64,000 nt of DNA, taken from the NCBI GenBank assembly GCA_050247255.1, contig JBFWUM010000001.1, positions 30,653 to 94,652 of the forward strand. The letters run 5' to 3'. The stretch comes from Vicinamibacterales bacterium (GTDB taxonomy: Bacteria; Acidobacteriota; Vicinamibacteria; Vicinamibacterales; UBA2999). The notes under the pieces are model-generated. The model was not told the origin of the DNA and did not search any database. It was given only the letters and a program-made list of their open reading frames with translations. Positions 1-10,641 of the stretch are shown here, piece by piece (the stretch's first letter is position 1; the number at the start of each line of letters is the position of its first letter). A program made the translations under genes and the position numbers.

Positions 1-1593
1 GAGGCCGCGCTTCGCGAACGGGCGGCGGCGAGCGGAGCCCGCGTCAGCTGGCCGGGTTTTCTCAACCAGGCCGCCATGCGTGACGCACTCTGTGCCGCCG
101 ATTGCCTGGTGCTGCCAAGCGGATGGGGCGAGACGTGGGGACTGGTCGTCAACGAATCGCTCGCCTCGGGCACGCCGGCGGTCGTCAGCGATCACGTCGG
201 CTGCGCGCCGGACCTCATCGTTCCCGGGTCGACCGGCGAGACGGCGCCGGTCGGTAACAGCCACGCGCTTGCCGCCGCCCTCGATCGCGTTCGGACGGCG
301 CTCGATCAGGGGGGGATCTCCACGGAGCTGTGCATCACGCGCGCGCGGACCCACTCGTACGCGGCCGCCACGGCCGGTCTGGTCCGGGGGGTGCGGCGCG
401 TGCAGGCGCACCGCGCGACGTCGGTTCGGCGCAACCCGGGGCACCCGCGCGTGCTCGCCCTCTGTGGCGGCATGGTCTACGTGTCCGGCGTCGAGCGGAT
501 GTCGTTCGAGGCGCTGCGCGTCATGCGCGAGCGTGGCGCCGCCGTCCACTGCATCGTGAACACGTGGGAGAGCGATGCCATCGTCGCGCGCGCGGAGGCG
601 ATTGGCGCCAGTTGGAGCACCGGCTATTACTGGTACGCGCTCCGGGCGACGCGCAGCCCGCGGCAGGCGGCGCTGATGGTCTGGGATGTCATGCGCACGA
701 GCCTCGGCCTGCTGCGCGACGCGGCGCACTTCCGGCCGACTCACGTGCTGGTCACCGACTACCACACCGGCGTGCGCAATGCCCCGGCGCTGGCCCTGTT
801 GCGCCTGTTCCGCGCGGTGGTCGTCCACCGGGTTGCCAACGCACCGGAGGCGAGCCGCGGCAAGGGGCTCGTCTGGCGGCTGCTGCTCAATCCCGCCGTC
901 TCCCGGTTCGTCGCCATCTCGTACTTCATCCAGGACGAGTTGCTCGCGGCCGGCCTTCCGGCCGCGAAAGTGCGCGTCATCCGCAACATGGTGCCGTCGC
1001 GGGACGAGCCATGGCCCGCGGCTCCCGCCCCGGTGCCCGGCCGCGTGATCTACGTCGGCCAGGTGATTCCGCCCAAGGGGCTCGACGTGCTGCTCGAGGC
1101 GATTGCGCTGCTTGCGGCCCGCGGTCACAACGTGACCCTCGACGTGGTTGGCAGCCTGGAGCTGTGGGAAGGCCCGGAGTTCCTCGGCTACCGCCAGCGC
1201 ATCCGCGAGCGGGCCGGCCAACCGGACCTCCGCGACCGCGTCAGGCTGCTCGGGGTCCGCGAGGACGTTCCGCGCCTGCTGGCCGCGGCCGCCGTGCACT
1301 GCATGCCGACACGCCCTGAGACGCGCGAGGCGCTGGGCAACGCCGTCCTCGAGGCCAAGCGCGGAGGGGTGCCCTCGGTCGTCACGCGGAGCGGGGCGCT
1401 GCCGGAGACGGTTACCCACCGCGTCGACGGTTGGGTATGCGATGACTTTTCCGCGCAGGCCATCGCTGAAGGGCTCGAGTACTTCCTGACCGACGAGCGC
1501 GTGCGCGCGGCCGCCGGCATGGCGGCGCGGGCATCCGCCGAGGATTTCGCGGAGGCGCGGTTCGCCGAGGCATGGAGGGCCGCGTTCGCGTGA
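1..1593 (+). CDS. Two-domain GT4 glycosyltransferase, 5' part outside window (full copy at 44104-46473)
   Basis: ETWGLVVNESLASG and EALGNAVLEAKRGG EX7E motifs. Confidence 0.88.
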   Translation, partial: EAALRERAAASGARVSWPGFLNQAAMRDALCAADCLVLPSGWGETWGLVVNESLASGTPAVVSDHVGCAPDLIVPGSTGETAPVGNSHALAAALDRVRTALDQGGISTELCITRARTHSYAAATAGLVRGVRRVQAHRATSVRRNPGHPRVLALCGGMVYVSGVERMSFEALRVMRERGAAVHCIVNTWESDAIVARAEAIGASWSTGYYWYALRATRSPRQAALMVWDVMRTSLGLLRDAAHFRPTHVLVTDYHTGVRNAPALALLRLFRAVVVHRVANAPEASRGKGLVWRLLLNPAVSRFVAISYFIQDELLAAGLPAAKVRVIRNMVPSRDEPWPAAPAPVPGRVIYVGQVIPPKGLDVLLEAIALLAARGHNVTLDVVGSLELWEGPEFLGYRQRIRERAGQPDLRDRVRLLGVREDVPRLLAAAAVHCMPTRPETREALGNAVLEAKRGGVPSVVTRSGALPETVTHRVDGWVCDDFSAQAIAEGLEYFLTDERVRAAAGMAARASAEDFAEARFAEAWRAAFA

Positions 1594-3402
1594 TCTTCGG
1601 CTGGTGTGGCGCAGCGCCGGCGGCAGGCGCACAGGCGGCGACTCTGGCGGCGATGGCCGCCGCGCTGCAGGTCCACCCCGGGCAGCGCGTCCGGACATGC
1701 CTGCTACCAGGCCTCGCGCTCGGCGTGTTCGACATGCCACTGATGAGCGACGTCCTCGACGCCGCGGCCCCGGCGCAGAGCGCCGATGGCCGCCGCTACC
1801 TCTGGATGGCGGGCGAAGCGTTCGCGTGGCCCTCGCGCAGCCTGTCGGGGCCCATCGAAAGCCGCACGCCCGCGTTCCGCCGCCGCCTGCTCGCGGCGCT
1901 CGCCGAGGACGAGGGCGCCGTCCGCGATCTCGATGGCGAATACCAGGTGGCGGTGTGGGACGCCGCGTCTTCGACGCTGCGGCTCTGGGTCGATCGCTTC
2001 GCCTCACTGCCGCTGTACCTCGCGTCGACGGCGGCCGGCACGGCGTTCGCCGGGGGAGTGCGCGGCGTGCTCGCGGCACCTGGCGTGCCGCTCGAGCCTG
2101 ATCCCCGGGCGCTCCGTGAGGCGGTGACCTTCGGCGGCTTCCGGCTCGGCAGCCGCACCAACGTCCGCGGCGTCCGCATGGCGGCGCCGGCCGCGCGCGT
2201 CACGATTCGCGACGGTGCGTGTGAGGAGTCGCGGTACTGGACGTGGCGCGAGCTCGACGCGCCGGCGGCGGGACGGCCGGTGACGATGGACGCGATGCGC
2301 GAGGGATGGTCCGCCGCCGTCAGCCGCCGGTTGGAGGGCAGCGCGCGTCCCGGCCTGGCGCTCAGCGGCGGGCTCGACAGCCGGGCCATTCTCGCGGAGG
2401 CGGTGCGCCAGGGACAGCGCCCCCCCAGCGCTGACCTACGGCGTCGCCGAGTGTGACGACGCGCGGTTCGCGTCCCGGGCCGCCGCGGCCGCCGGCGTGC
2501 GATGGGAGTTGTTCCCGCTCTTCGCGCCCGGGTGGTTCGAGCGGCGCCTCGCACACATCCTCCCCACCGATGGATTGATCGAGCTGGTCGACCTGATGCA
2601 CCTGGAACCGGTACCGCAGATGCCGGATCTGTTCGACGTCTACCTGAGCGGATTTCTCGGCGACGCGGTCAGCGGCAGCAGCCAGGATTACCTCCAGACG
2701 GCTGACGACGTCCTGCGGGCGCTGCCGTATTACGGGGCGCCCGTCAGCCTGCCGATCGACGAGGCGCGCGCATGCGCCGAGGAGTGCCTGGCGCGCGTCG
2801 CCGGGGCGCCGCGCTTCCTGCTCTACGACCACAAGTTTCCGCAGGCCATCAGCCGGACGACGGCGGGGGCGCGTCCGTTCGTGCGCGTCCGCCGGCCGTT
2901 CACCGACTATCAGTTCTTCTCGCTGGCCCAGCAGGTCGCTCCCGCGGAACGGGCGGCAAGCCGCTGGCACGAGCGGTGGCTCGTCTCGACCTATCCGTCG
3001 CTCTTCAGGCGGATCCCGAATCAGCGGACCGGGGTCCCGGCGGGGTCGTCGCACCTGCGGTGGCGGACCGTGCGGATCGGCCGGTATGCCTGGCGGCGGC
3101 TGCTGGCGGGGGCGCGCGGCGCCGGCCTGCCGATCACCGTGCCGGTGCGTTCCTACCATCCCGACGAGACCTACTGGACGGGGGACGTCCGGTCCCGAAT
3201 CGAAGCCGCGCTCCTCGCCCGAGGGTCGCTGTGCGGCGAGATCCTCGGGCGCGAGCGGGTGACACAGACCCTTCGCGCCTTCTTCGACAGGGGCGCCGCG
3301 CCGGTGCAGGTCATCGGCGCCATGTTCGTCTACGAGTACTATCACCGGCACATGCCGTCCGCCGTGGCTGACGCCAGGCGGGCCGCGGAGCTTGCATGCT
3401 GA
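1590..3402 (+). pseudogene. Asparagine synthetase-like (AsnB family) gene split by one extra base in a C7 run
   Basis: LSGGLDSR PP-loop; removing one C at 2420-2426 gives ...QRPPALTYGVAECDDARFA... continuous with ORF 2497-3402; GTG start overlaps upstream TGA. Confidence 0.8.
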
Positions 3403-4802
3403 TTGTCGCCGCCGCCGCGTCGGTCGCCGCGCTCTACGGGGTCGGCCACTGGATCGCCGGCCTGTCGGTAGTCGTCCTGTTCCTGGTCTGGGTGCTGGTA
3501 AAGCCGCCGGAAGGGCCCCCCATCCTCGGCCTGGCCCTGACCTTCCAGTGGACGCAGGTGACCTGCGGCATGTTCTACACCGCGCTCACCGGCGACGAAC
3601 TCCGCGCATTCAGCACCCGCTGGGACGACATGATGCTGATCGGCCTTGGCTGTGTGCTCGTGATTGCGCTTGGCGCGCGGCTGGGCATGGGGATCGGCGC
3701 GCGGTGGGTGACCCCGGAGCCGGCCGCGCCCCCAGCGATGTTCTCCGACCGGACGCTCTACGCCGCCTACGCCGGTTCGATCGCCGCGACCGGCGTGATG
3801 CAGGAGATCGCCTGGCAGTATCCAATCTTCACGCAGGCGATCCTGGCGCTGAACTATTCGCACCTGGCGCTCACCTACCTGATGCTGCGCAGCGTCGCGA
3901 TCCCCCAGTTCAAGGCGCCGCTGTTCGCCGCGGTGATCTCCTTCGAGGTCGCGCTCGGCTTTACCGGCTACTTCGCCGGTTTCCGGGAGCCGCTGATCAT
4001 GGGGGCGATCATCATCGTCGAGATCTTCAACACCCGGGACGTCCGACACTGGCTGCTGATGACCGGACTGTTCGTCGTGCTCACGCTGTCGAGCGTCATG
4101 TGGATCTCGGTGCGTGACCAGTACCGATCGGATTTCGACGACGAGCTGGTCGAGTCGTCGCGTCTGGAGCGCCTGGAGCGCATGCAGACGCTGGCGGAGG
4201 GCTCGGCGCTGACCGACACGTTCCGCTTCCGCCAATCGGTGGCGGAGCTCGCCGATCGCATGTGGACGATCTACTACCCGGCGCTGGCGCTCGACCGCGT
4301 CCCTGCCGCGCTGCCGCATACCGACGGCACGATCATCGGCTCGGCCCTGCGGCACCTGGTGACCCCGCGGTTCCTGTTCCCCAACAAGGGCGAGCTGCCA
4401 TCCGACAGCGAGATGGTGCGCCGGTATTCAGGCGTCCAGGTGGCCGGCGCCGACGAAGGCACGAGCATCGCCTTCGGCTATGCCGCGGAAGCCTACGTCG
4501 ATTTCGGCGTGCCGCTGATGTTCGTGCCGGTACTGCTCTACGGCATCTTCATCGGCATCGCCTATTGGAGCTGCCTGTTCGTCCTCAAGCACCGCGACAT
4601 TGCCGTCGCCGTGACGTGCGTCATCTTCTGGCTCACGGTCTACCTGTTCGAGCGCTCGTGGGTGAAGACCCTCGGGCTCAACCTGACGCTGCTCGTCTAC
4701 CTCGGAGGCCTGACCTTCCTCGTCGATCGGTTCATGCTGGCGCCGCCCGCCGAGGACGTCGGCGATGTCCCGGCTGGCGCCAGCGGCGCCCACGGACACT
4801 GA
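3396..4802 (+). CDS. Polytopic membrane protein, Wzy-like polysaccharide polymerase
   Basis: Many hydrophobic segments, large periplasmic loop, PRFLFPNK and AEAYVDFG motifs, EPS context. Confidence 0.6.
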   Translation: MLIVAAAASVAALYGVGHWIAGLSVVVLFLVWVLVKPPEGPPILGLALTFQWTQVTCGMFYTALTGDELRAFSTRWDDMMLIGLGCVLVIALGARLGMGIGARWVTPEPAAPPAMFSDRTLYAAYAGSIAATGVMQEIAWQYPIFTQAILALNYSHLALTYLMLRSVAIPQFKAPLFAAVISFEVALGFTGYFAGFREPLIMGAIIIVEIFNTRDVRHWLLMTGLFVVLTLSSVMWISVRDQYRSDFDDELVESSRLERLERMQTLAEGSALTDTFRFRQSVAELADRMWTIYYPALALDRVPAALPHTDGTIIGSALRHLVTPRFLFPNKGELPSDSEMVRRYSGVQVAGADEGTSIAFGYAAEAYVDFGVPLMFVPVLLYGIFIGIAYWSCLFVLKHRDIAVAVTCVIFWLTVYLFERSWVKTLGLNLTLLVYLGGLTFLVDRFMLAPPAEDVGDVPAGASGAHGH

Positions 4803-5963
4803 GTGCGCGTCGTCCACGTGTGCGCGTACTTCGCCCCGGCGTTCGCCTATGGCGGCCCGCCCCGCTCGCTGCTGCGGCTGGCGCAGGCGCAACAGCAGCA
4901 GGGGCTGGCGGTACAGGTCGTCACGACCACGGCGAACGGCCGCGTCAACCTCGACGCGGCGGCTGCAGCCGCCGATCGCTTCGAAGGGGTGCCGGTGACC
5001 TACTGCCACCGCGCCCGGCCCCGGTGGCTGTTCCATTCGCCTGCGCTGCGTGGAGCGCTGTCCCGGGCCTTGAACGGCGCCGACATCCTGCACATCCACG
5101 GACTCTGGAACGCCGCGGTGTGGGGCGCGCATGCGGTCGCGTCCGCGCGGCGAGCACGCTACGTCCTGTCACCTCGCGGCATGCTCGCGCCGCAGGCGCT
5201 GGCGCACGATCGGTGGCGGAAGGCGGCCGCCTACCAGTTGTTCGATCGGCGCGTGCTTCGTGATGCGACGGTGCTTCACGCGACCTCCGAGCAGGAAGGC
5301 GACACGCTGGCCCGGCGCTGCGGGCGCGAACGCGTGGTGATGGTACCCAATGGCGTCGACCTGCCAACCGCCGTCGGCGGGGCGCCGGAGGTGCGTGCCC
5401 GCTTCGGCCTGCCGCCGGACGCTCCCCTCATCCTCTTCCTGGGCCGGATTCACCCGTTGAAGCGCCTCGACCTCCTGGCCGGCGCGTTCCTGGCGCTGCG
5501 CGCGGCGCATCAGCGGGCCCATCTCGTCGTCGCCGGGCCCGATGAAACGGGCCTGCGCGCCGGCCTGGAGCAGCAGCTCGCCCCGGTCGCCGGCGCCGTC
5601 ACCTGGACGGGGCGGGTGGACGAGGCCGAGAAGTGGGACCTGCTGTCGGAAGCGGCCGTGCTCGTGCTCTGTTCGGACTCCGAGAGTTTCGGCCTGAGCG
5701 TTGCCGAAGCGCTGGCGGCGGCGCGGCCGGTCGTCGTCACCCGGACCTGCCCGTGGTCGAGCGTGGAGGCGTCCGGCGCGGGCTTCTGGGTCGAGCAGCG
5801 CGCGGAGGCGATTGCCGCGGCCCTCGGCCGCGTGCTCGCCGACCCGGCCGCTGCGAAGGAGATGGGGGAGCGTGGACGGAGGCTCATCGCCGCCGACTAC
5901 TCGTGGGACAGCGCCGCCCGCCGGCTGACCGCCGTCTACGAGACGGCGCTCGCGGCGGCATGA
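4803..5963 (+). CDS. GT4 glycosyltransferase
   Basis: LFLGRIHPLKRLD, SESFGLSVAEALA. Confidence 0.9.
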   Translation: MRVVHVCAYFAPAFAYGGPPRSLLRLAQAQQQQGLAVQVVTTTANGRVNLDAAAAAADRFEGVPVTYCHRARPRWLFHSPALRGALSRALNGADILHIHGLWNAAVWGAHAVASARRARYVLSPRGMLAPQALAHDRWRKAAAYQLFDRRVLRDATVLHATSEQEGDTLARRCGRERVVMVPNGVDLPTAVGGAPEVRARFGLPPDAPLILFLGRIHPLKRLDLLAGAFLALRAAHQRAHLVVAGPDETGLRAGLEQQLAPVAGAVTWTGRVDEAEKWDLLSEAAVLVLCSDSESFGLSVAEALAAARPVVVTRTCPWSSVEASGAGFWVEQRAEAIAAALGRVLADPAAAKEMGERGRRLIAADYSWDSAARRLTAVYETALAAA

Positions 5964-7039
5964 CGACACCGTCGCGCGTGGTCGTTCTGACGCCCGTCGT
6001 CGGTGGCCGTGACGGTCTGTCCGAACTTAGCCGCCAGGTGATCACGGCGAGCGCCGGGGAGGGCGTCCCGGTGACCGTGCTGGCACTCGCCGGGGCTGCG
6101 CACTTTTCGCATCCGGCCGCGTCGATCGAGCTCGTGTCGGCGCGCGGGCATCGCGCCCGGCTCGTCCGCCATGTCGCCGTCGACAGCTTGCACTGGGGAC
6201 GGGGCACCCGGGTGATCGTCATGCATGCCAACCTGCTGCCGCTCGTCCTGCCCGCGACGCTCGGCCGGAGCGAGATCGTCGCCGTACTGGTCGGCATCGA
6301 AGCGTGGCGCCCTCTGTCGGTCCTCGAGCGCTCGGCGCTGCGACGCGTTCAGACGGTAGTGGCGATCTCGGCGCATACAGCGTCAGGGTTCGCGGCCGCC
6401 AATCCTGCATTCGCGACGTCGACCGTGCGGATCTGCCATCCGGCGGTACCTGAACTGGTGCCGCCGCTCCCTGCTGACCGCGCGCCCGGCTACGCGCTGA
6501 TGGTCGGGCGGATGTGGTCGGCGGAGCGCTACAAGGGCCACGACCGCGTGCTGGAGGCGTGGCCGGCGGTGCTGGCATCGCACCCGGGCGCTCGCCTGGT
6601 GGTCGCGGGCGATGGCGACGATCGGCCGCGGCTGATGGCAAGAGCCGCGGCGCTGGGGGTGGCGCCGGCGGTCGATTTCGTCGGTGCCGTCGATGATGCC
6701 CGGCTGGCGGCGCTCTATCGCGACTGTGCCTTCTTCGTGATGCCGAGCCGCGACGAGGGATTCGGGCTGGTCTATCTCGAGGCCATGCGCACCGGTCACG
6801 CATGTATCGCCAGCCCGGGAGCGGCGGCCGAGTTCATCACCCACGGCGTCAATGGCTGGCTCGTCGACCCCGGCGATGTCGCCGCCATAGCCGGCGCCTG
6901 CGTGCGGTTCCTGCAGGATCCGACGCTCACGGCCAGACTCGGACCGGCCGCCGCCGCCACGGTGTGTCGCGACTATCAGTTCGAGCAGTTTGCGGCGCGG
7001 TGGCGCCAGGCACTGGCAGGGTTGCCGGCACCATGCTGA
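5960..7039 (+). CDS. GT4 glycosyltransferase
   Basis: ATG overlaps upstream TGA; VGRMWSAERYKGHD, EGFGLVYLEAM. Confidence 0.9.
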   Translation: MTTPSRVVVLTPVVGGRDGLSELSRQVITASAGEGVPVTVLALAGAAHFSHPAASIELVSARGHRARLVRHVAVDSLHWGRGTRVIVMHANLLPLVLPATLGRSEIVAVLVGIEAWRPLSVLERSALRRVQTVVAISAHTASGFAAANPAFATSTVRICHPAVPELVPPLPADRAPGYALMVGRMWSAERYKGHDRVLEAWPAVLASHPGARLVVAGDGDDRPRLMARAAALGVAPAVDFVGAVDDARLAALYRDCAFFVMPSRDEGFGLVYLEAMRTGHACIASPGAAAEFITHGVNGWLVDPGDVAAIAGACVRFLQDPTLTARLGPAAAATVCRDYQFEQFAARWRQALAGLPAPC

Positions 7040-8787
7040 TCCTCGGCCTGAACGCCTATCACGGTGACGTGTCGGCCGTCTTGTTACGCGATGGCCAGCT
7101 GATCGCCGCCCTCGAAGAAGAGCGGTTCGTCCGCGTCAAGCACGTCTCCGGCGTCCCGGCCGCGGCGATGCGCGCCTGTCTGGAGATGGGGGGAGTCGCC
7201 GCCGGCCGGATCGATGCCTTCGCGGTGTCACGCGACCCGCGGGCGCATCTCTGGCGGAAGGCGCTGTTTGCGGCGACCCGTGCGCCGCGCCTGTCCATGA
7301 TCCGCGACCGCGCGGCGAACGCCCTGTCGGTGTCCCGCCTCCCGGGCGACATCGGCGCGGCGCTCGGCCTCGACGATCGTGACGTCGCCAGGCGGCTCCA
7401 TCATGTCGAACACCACCGGGCCCACCTGGCGAGCACGTTCTTCGCCAGTCCGTTCGACGAGGCGGCCGTGTGCGCCGTCGACGGATTCGGCGACTTCGTC
7501 AGCACGTCGAGCGGCCACGGCGAGGGGACCCGGCTGACAATCGACAACCGGGTGTTCTTCCCGCATTCGCTCGGCATGCTGTACCTCGCCGTCACCCAGT
7601 TCCTCGGCTTTCCCAACTACGGGGATGAGTTCAAGGTCATGGGGCTGGCGCCGTACGGCTCGCCCGATTACGTCCGCGAGCTGCGACAACTGGTCAACGT
7701 TGACGCCAGTGGCCAGGTCCGGCTCGACCTGCGCTACTTCAGCCACTGGAACGGCGGCGTGACGATGACGTGGGCGGGCGGCGCGCCGGCGATGGGCCCG
7801 GTCTTCACGCCCGCGCTTGGTGCGCTGCTCGGGGCGCCGAGACAGCCTGGTGAGCCGCTCGAGCCGCGCCACGAGGCCATCGCGGCGTCGCTGCAGGTCG
7901 TGCACGAGGAGGCGGTGTTCGCGATCCTTCGCGCGCTGCATCGGCGGCGGCCGACACCGCGCCTCTGTCTGGCCGGCGGGTGCGCGATGAACAGCGTCGC
8001 CAACGGCAAGATCCGGGCGCAAACCCCGTTCGAGGAGCTGTACATCCAGCCGGCATCTGGCGATAACGGCACCGCACTGGGGGCGGCCCTTCACGTCTGG
8101 CATGAGCGCGGCGGCCGCAAGCGGCTGCGGATGGAGCACGGCTACTGGGGCCCGGAATTCGCCGACGCCGATGTCGACGCCGCGCTCGACGGCCGCAACG
8201 CAGAGATCGCCGCTCGGAGCATCCGGCGCGCTTCGACGACGGATGTCGACGCGCTCTGCGACTGGGCCGCCGGCCGCATCGCCGGGGGGCTGGTCGTCGG
8301 CTGGTTCCAGGGACGCATGGAGTGGGGCGCGCGCGCCCTCGGCAACCGCAGCATCGTCGCCGATCCGCGGCGGCGGGACATGCGCGACATCATCAACGCC
8401 CGGATCAAGTTCCGCGAGAAGTTTCGGCCGTTCGCGCCGTCGGTGCTCGAAGAGGCGGTGCACGACTACTTCGTCGACGCCTGCCTCGATCCCTTCATGA
8501 TCCAGGTGTACCCGGTGCGTCCCGACAAACGGGACGTCATTCCCGCGGTCACCCATGTCGACGGTTCGGGACGGCTGCAGACCGTCTCACGGGCGCACAA
8601 TCCCCGCTACTGGGGGCTCATCGATGCGTTTCGCCGCATCACCGGCGTTCCGGTCCTGCTGAATACCTCCTTCAACGAGAACGAGCCGATCGTGCTGACG
8701 CCGGCGGAGGCGCTCGACTGCTTCCTGCGCACCGACATGGACGTGCTGGTGATGGGAACCCGGACCCTCGAGAAGGCGCCGCGCTGA
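7033..8787 (+). CDS. Carbamoyltransferase (NodU/CmcH family)
   Basis: LILGLNAYHGD, EEERF, EHHRAH, LAGGCAMNS, GARALGNRSI, THVDGSGRLQTV, LLNTSFN. Confidence 0.95.
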   Translation: MLILGLNAYHGDVSAVLLRDGQLIAALEEERFVRVKHVSGVPAAAMRACLEMGGVAAGRIDAFAVSRDPRAHLWRKALFAATRAPRLSMIRDRAANALSVSRLPGDIGAALGLDDRDVARRLHHVEHHRAHLASTFFASPFDEAAVCAVDGFGDFVSTSSGHGEGTRLTIDNRVFFPHSLGMLYLAVTQFLGFPNYGDEFKVMGLAPYGSPDYVRELRQLVNVDASGQVRLDLRYFSHWNGGVTMTWAGGAPAMGPVFTPALGALLGAPRQPGEPLEPRHEAIAASLQVVHEEAVFAILRALHRRRPTPRLCLAGGCAMNSVANGKIRAQTPFEELYIQPASGDNGTALGAALHVWHERGGRKRLRMEHGYWGPEFADADVDAALDGRNAEIAARSIRRASTTDVDALCDWAAGRIAGGLVVGWFQGRMEWGARALGNRSIVADPRRRDMRDIINARIKFREKFRPFAPSVLEEAVHDYFVDACLDPFMIQVYPVRPDKRDVIPAVTHVDGSGRLQTVSRAHNPRYWGLIDAFRRITGVPVLLNTSFNENEPIVLTPAEALDCFLRTDMDVLVMGTRTLEKAPR

Positions 8788-8790
8788 GCC

Positions 8791-9996
8791 GTGCACGTCT
8801 GCTTCTTCAACCGCGCCTACTGGCCGGACCTCTCGGCCACCGGGCAGCTGCTCACCGAGATGGCCGAAGGGCTGGCCGCCCGCCACGGCTGGACGGTCAC
8901 GGTCGTCACCGGTTATCCCCTGCGCACCGACGTCAGACCGTCTTCGCGCGAAGCGCGCAACGGCGTGACGATCGTGCGCGCCGCGGGCACGACGTTCTCG
9001 CCGCGCCGCTTTGCCGGCCGCGCGTCGAACTATGTCTCGTACTTCGGCTCGGCGGCGCTGCGTGGACTGACGGTACGCCGCCCCGACGTCGTCGTGGCGA
9101 TGACCGACCCGCCGATCATCGGCCTTGCGGCGCTGGCGCTGGCGCGACGCGCCGGGGCGCCGTTCGTGTCCTGGTGCCAGGACATCTTTCCCGAGGTCGC
9201 CGTCCTGCTCGAGGACTTCCAGAGCAGCGCGGTGAACCGCGCCCTCAGCGCCGTCAATCGCTTTCAGTTGTCGCAGGCGGCCGCGATCGTGGCGCTCGGC
9301 GAGACGATGAAGCACCGGCTGGTTACCGGCAAGGGCGCCGATCCGCAGCGCATCCACATCGTCGACAACTGGGCCGACTGCTCACAGATCACGCCGGGTG
9401 ATCGCGTGACGTCCTGGGCCGAGGCGCAGGGGCTGGCCGACCGGTTCGTCGTGCTGCACGCGGGCAACCTGGGGCTGTCGCAGGACCTCGACAACCTGAT
9501 GCATGCCGCGGCCCGGCTGCGCCGCCGGCCCGACATCCTGTTTCTATTCGTCGGTGGCGGCGTTCGCGAATCGGCGTTGCGAGCGCAGGCCGAGTCGCTG
9601 GGCCTCGACAACGTGCGCTTCGTGCCGCACCAGCCGAAGGACGCCATGCCGCCGTGGTATGCCGCATCGGACGTGTCGCTGATTTCGCTGCGGCGCGGCC
9701 TGGCCGGCGTCATCGTCCCGAGCAAGACCTACAGCGCGCTGGCCGCCGGCCGGGCCTGCATCGCCGCGGTCGAGCCGGAGTGTGAAGTGGCGGGGCTCGT
9801 GACCGCGGCGGCGTGCGGCCTCGTGGTGGCGCCGGGCGATCCGGACGCGCTGGCCAGGGCCATCGAGTCGCTGGCCGACGATCGTCCGCGCGCGGCGGCG
9901 ATGGGGCGTCGGGCCCGCGCCGCCGCGCTGCAGTTCGACCTGCCGCGGCAGGTCGCCCGGTTCGACGCCGTGCTGCGGAGTGTCGCCAGACGGTGA
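8791..9996 (+). CDS. GT4 glycosyltransferase (WbuB/WcaI-like)
   Basis: YWPDLSATGQLLTE, QDIFPE, AGNLGLSQDLD, VPSKTYSALAAG. Confidence 0.88.
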   Translation: MHVCFFNRAYWPDLSATGQLLTEMAEGLAARHGWTVTVVTGYPLRTDVRPSSREARNGVTIVRAAGTTFSPRRFAGRASNYVSYFGSAALRGLTVRRPDVVVAMTDPPIIGLAALALARRAGAPFVSWCQDIFPEVAVLLEDFQSSAVNRALSAVNRFQLSQAAAIVALGETMKHRLVTGKGADPQRIHIVDNWADCSQITPGDRVTSWAEAQGLADRFVVLHAGNLGLSQDLDNLMHAAARLRRRPDILFLFVGGGVRESALRAQAESLGLDNVRFVPHQPKDAMPPWYAASDVSLISLRRGLAGVIVPSKTYSALAAGRACIAAVEPECEVAGLVTAAACGLVVAPGDPDALARAIESLADDRPRAAAMGRRARAAALQFDLPRQVARFDAVLRSVARR

Positions 9997-10595
9997 GCAA
10001 GCGGCTGCTCGACATCGTGCTCTCGGCCGCGGGTCTGATCCTGCTGTCGCCGCTCTGGCTGGCCATTGCCGCCGCGATCAAGGCCGGCGATGGCGGCCCG
10101 GTGCTCTTCCGGCAGCCGCGCGTCGGGCGCGACGGACGCCCGTTTGTCGCCTACAAGTTCCGGTCGATGGTGCCCGATGCGGCGCGGCTGCCGCCGCGCC
10201 AGGCCACCGCGGACGATCCGCGAGTGACGCCGGTCGGCCGCCTGCTCCGGGCGACGGCGCTCGACGAGCTGCCGCAGTTGGTGAACATCCTCCGCGGCGA
10301 CATGAGCGTTGTCGGGCCCCGCCCCTTGATGCCGGGCGAGATCGAGGTCCGCGGCACCGGGGAGGTCACCGCGCTGGCGGAGGTGCCGGGCTACGCCGCG
10401 CGCCATCAGGTCCGCCCCGGACTGACCGGCCTGTCGCAGGTCTATGCGCCACGGGACGCGCTGCGCGCCCGCAAGTTCCGACTCGATGCGCTCTACGTTC
10501 GACGACAGACGCTCTGTTTCGACCTGTATTTGATCCTCATGTCTTTCTGGATTACCGCGCGCGGTCGATGGGAAACGCGCGAACGCAAGTTCTGA
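9993..10595 (+). CDS. Priming polyprenyl-phosphate sugar transferase (Bac_transf)
   Basis: KRLLDI, YKFRSM, DDPRVTPVGRLLR, LDELPQL, GDMSVVGPRP, PGLTGLSQV; GTG overlaps upstream stop. Confidence 0.93.
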   Translation: MSKRLLDIVLSAAGLILLSPLWLAIAAAIKAGDGGPVLFRQPRVGRDGRPFVAYKFRSMVPDAARLPPRQATADDPRVTPVGRLLRATALDELPQLVNILRGDMSVVGPRPLMPGEIEVRGTGEVTALAEVPGYAARHQVRPGLTGLSQVYAPRDALRARKFRLDALYVRRQTLCFDLYLILMSFWITARGRWETRERKF

Positions 10596-10607
10596 TCGGC
10601 CGGCCGT

Positions 10608-10613
10608 TATAAT
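10608..10613 (+). promoter_or_regulatory. Putative -10 box (TATAAT) upstream of reductase/RiPP genes
   Basis: Perfect TATAAT in a GC-rich intergenic gap; no convincing -35. Confidence 0.4.
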
Positions 10614-10641
10614 GTCCGGGCCGGCCCGGCTGGCAGCGTCG

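Noticed and set aside
1590-3402. First AsnB-like gene as a second lasso cyclase
   Set aside because: Lies among glycosyltransferases with no adjacent RRE or precursor; more likely a glycan amidotransferase-like enzyme
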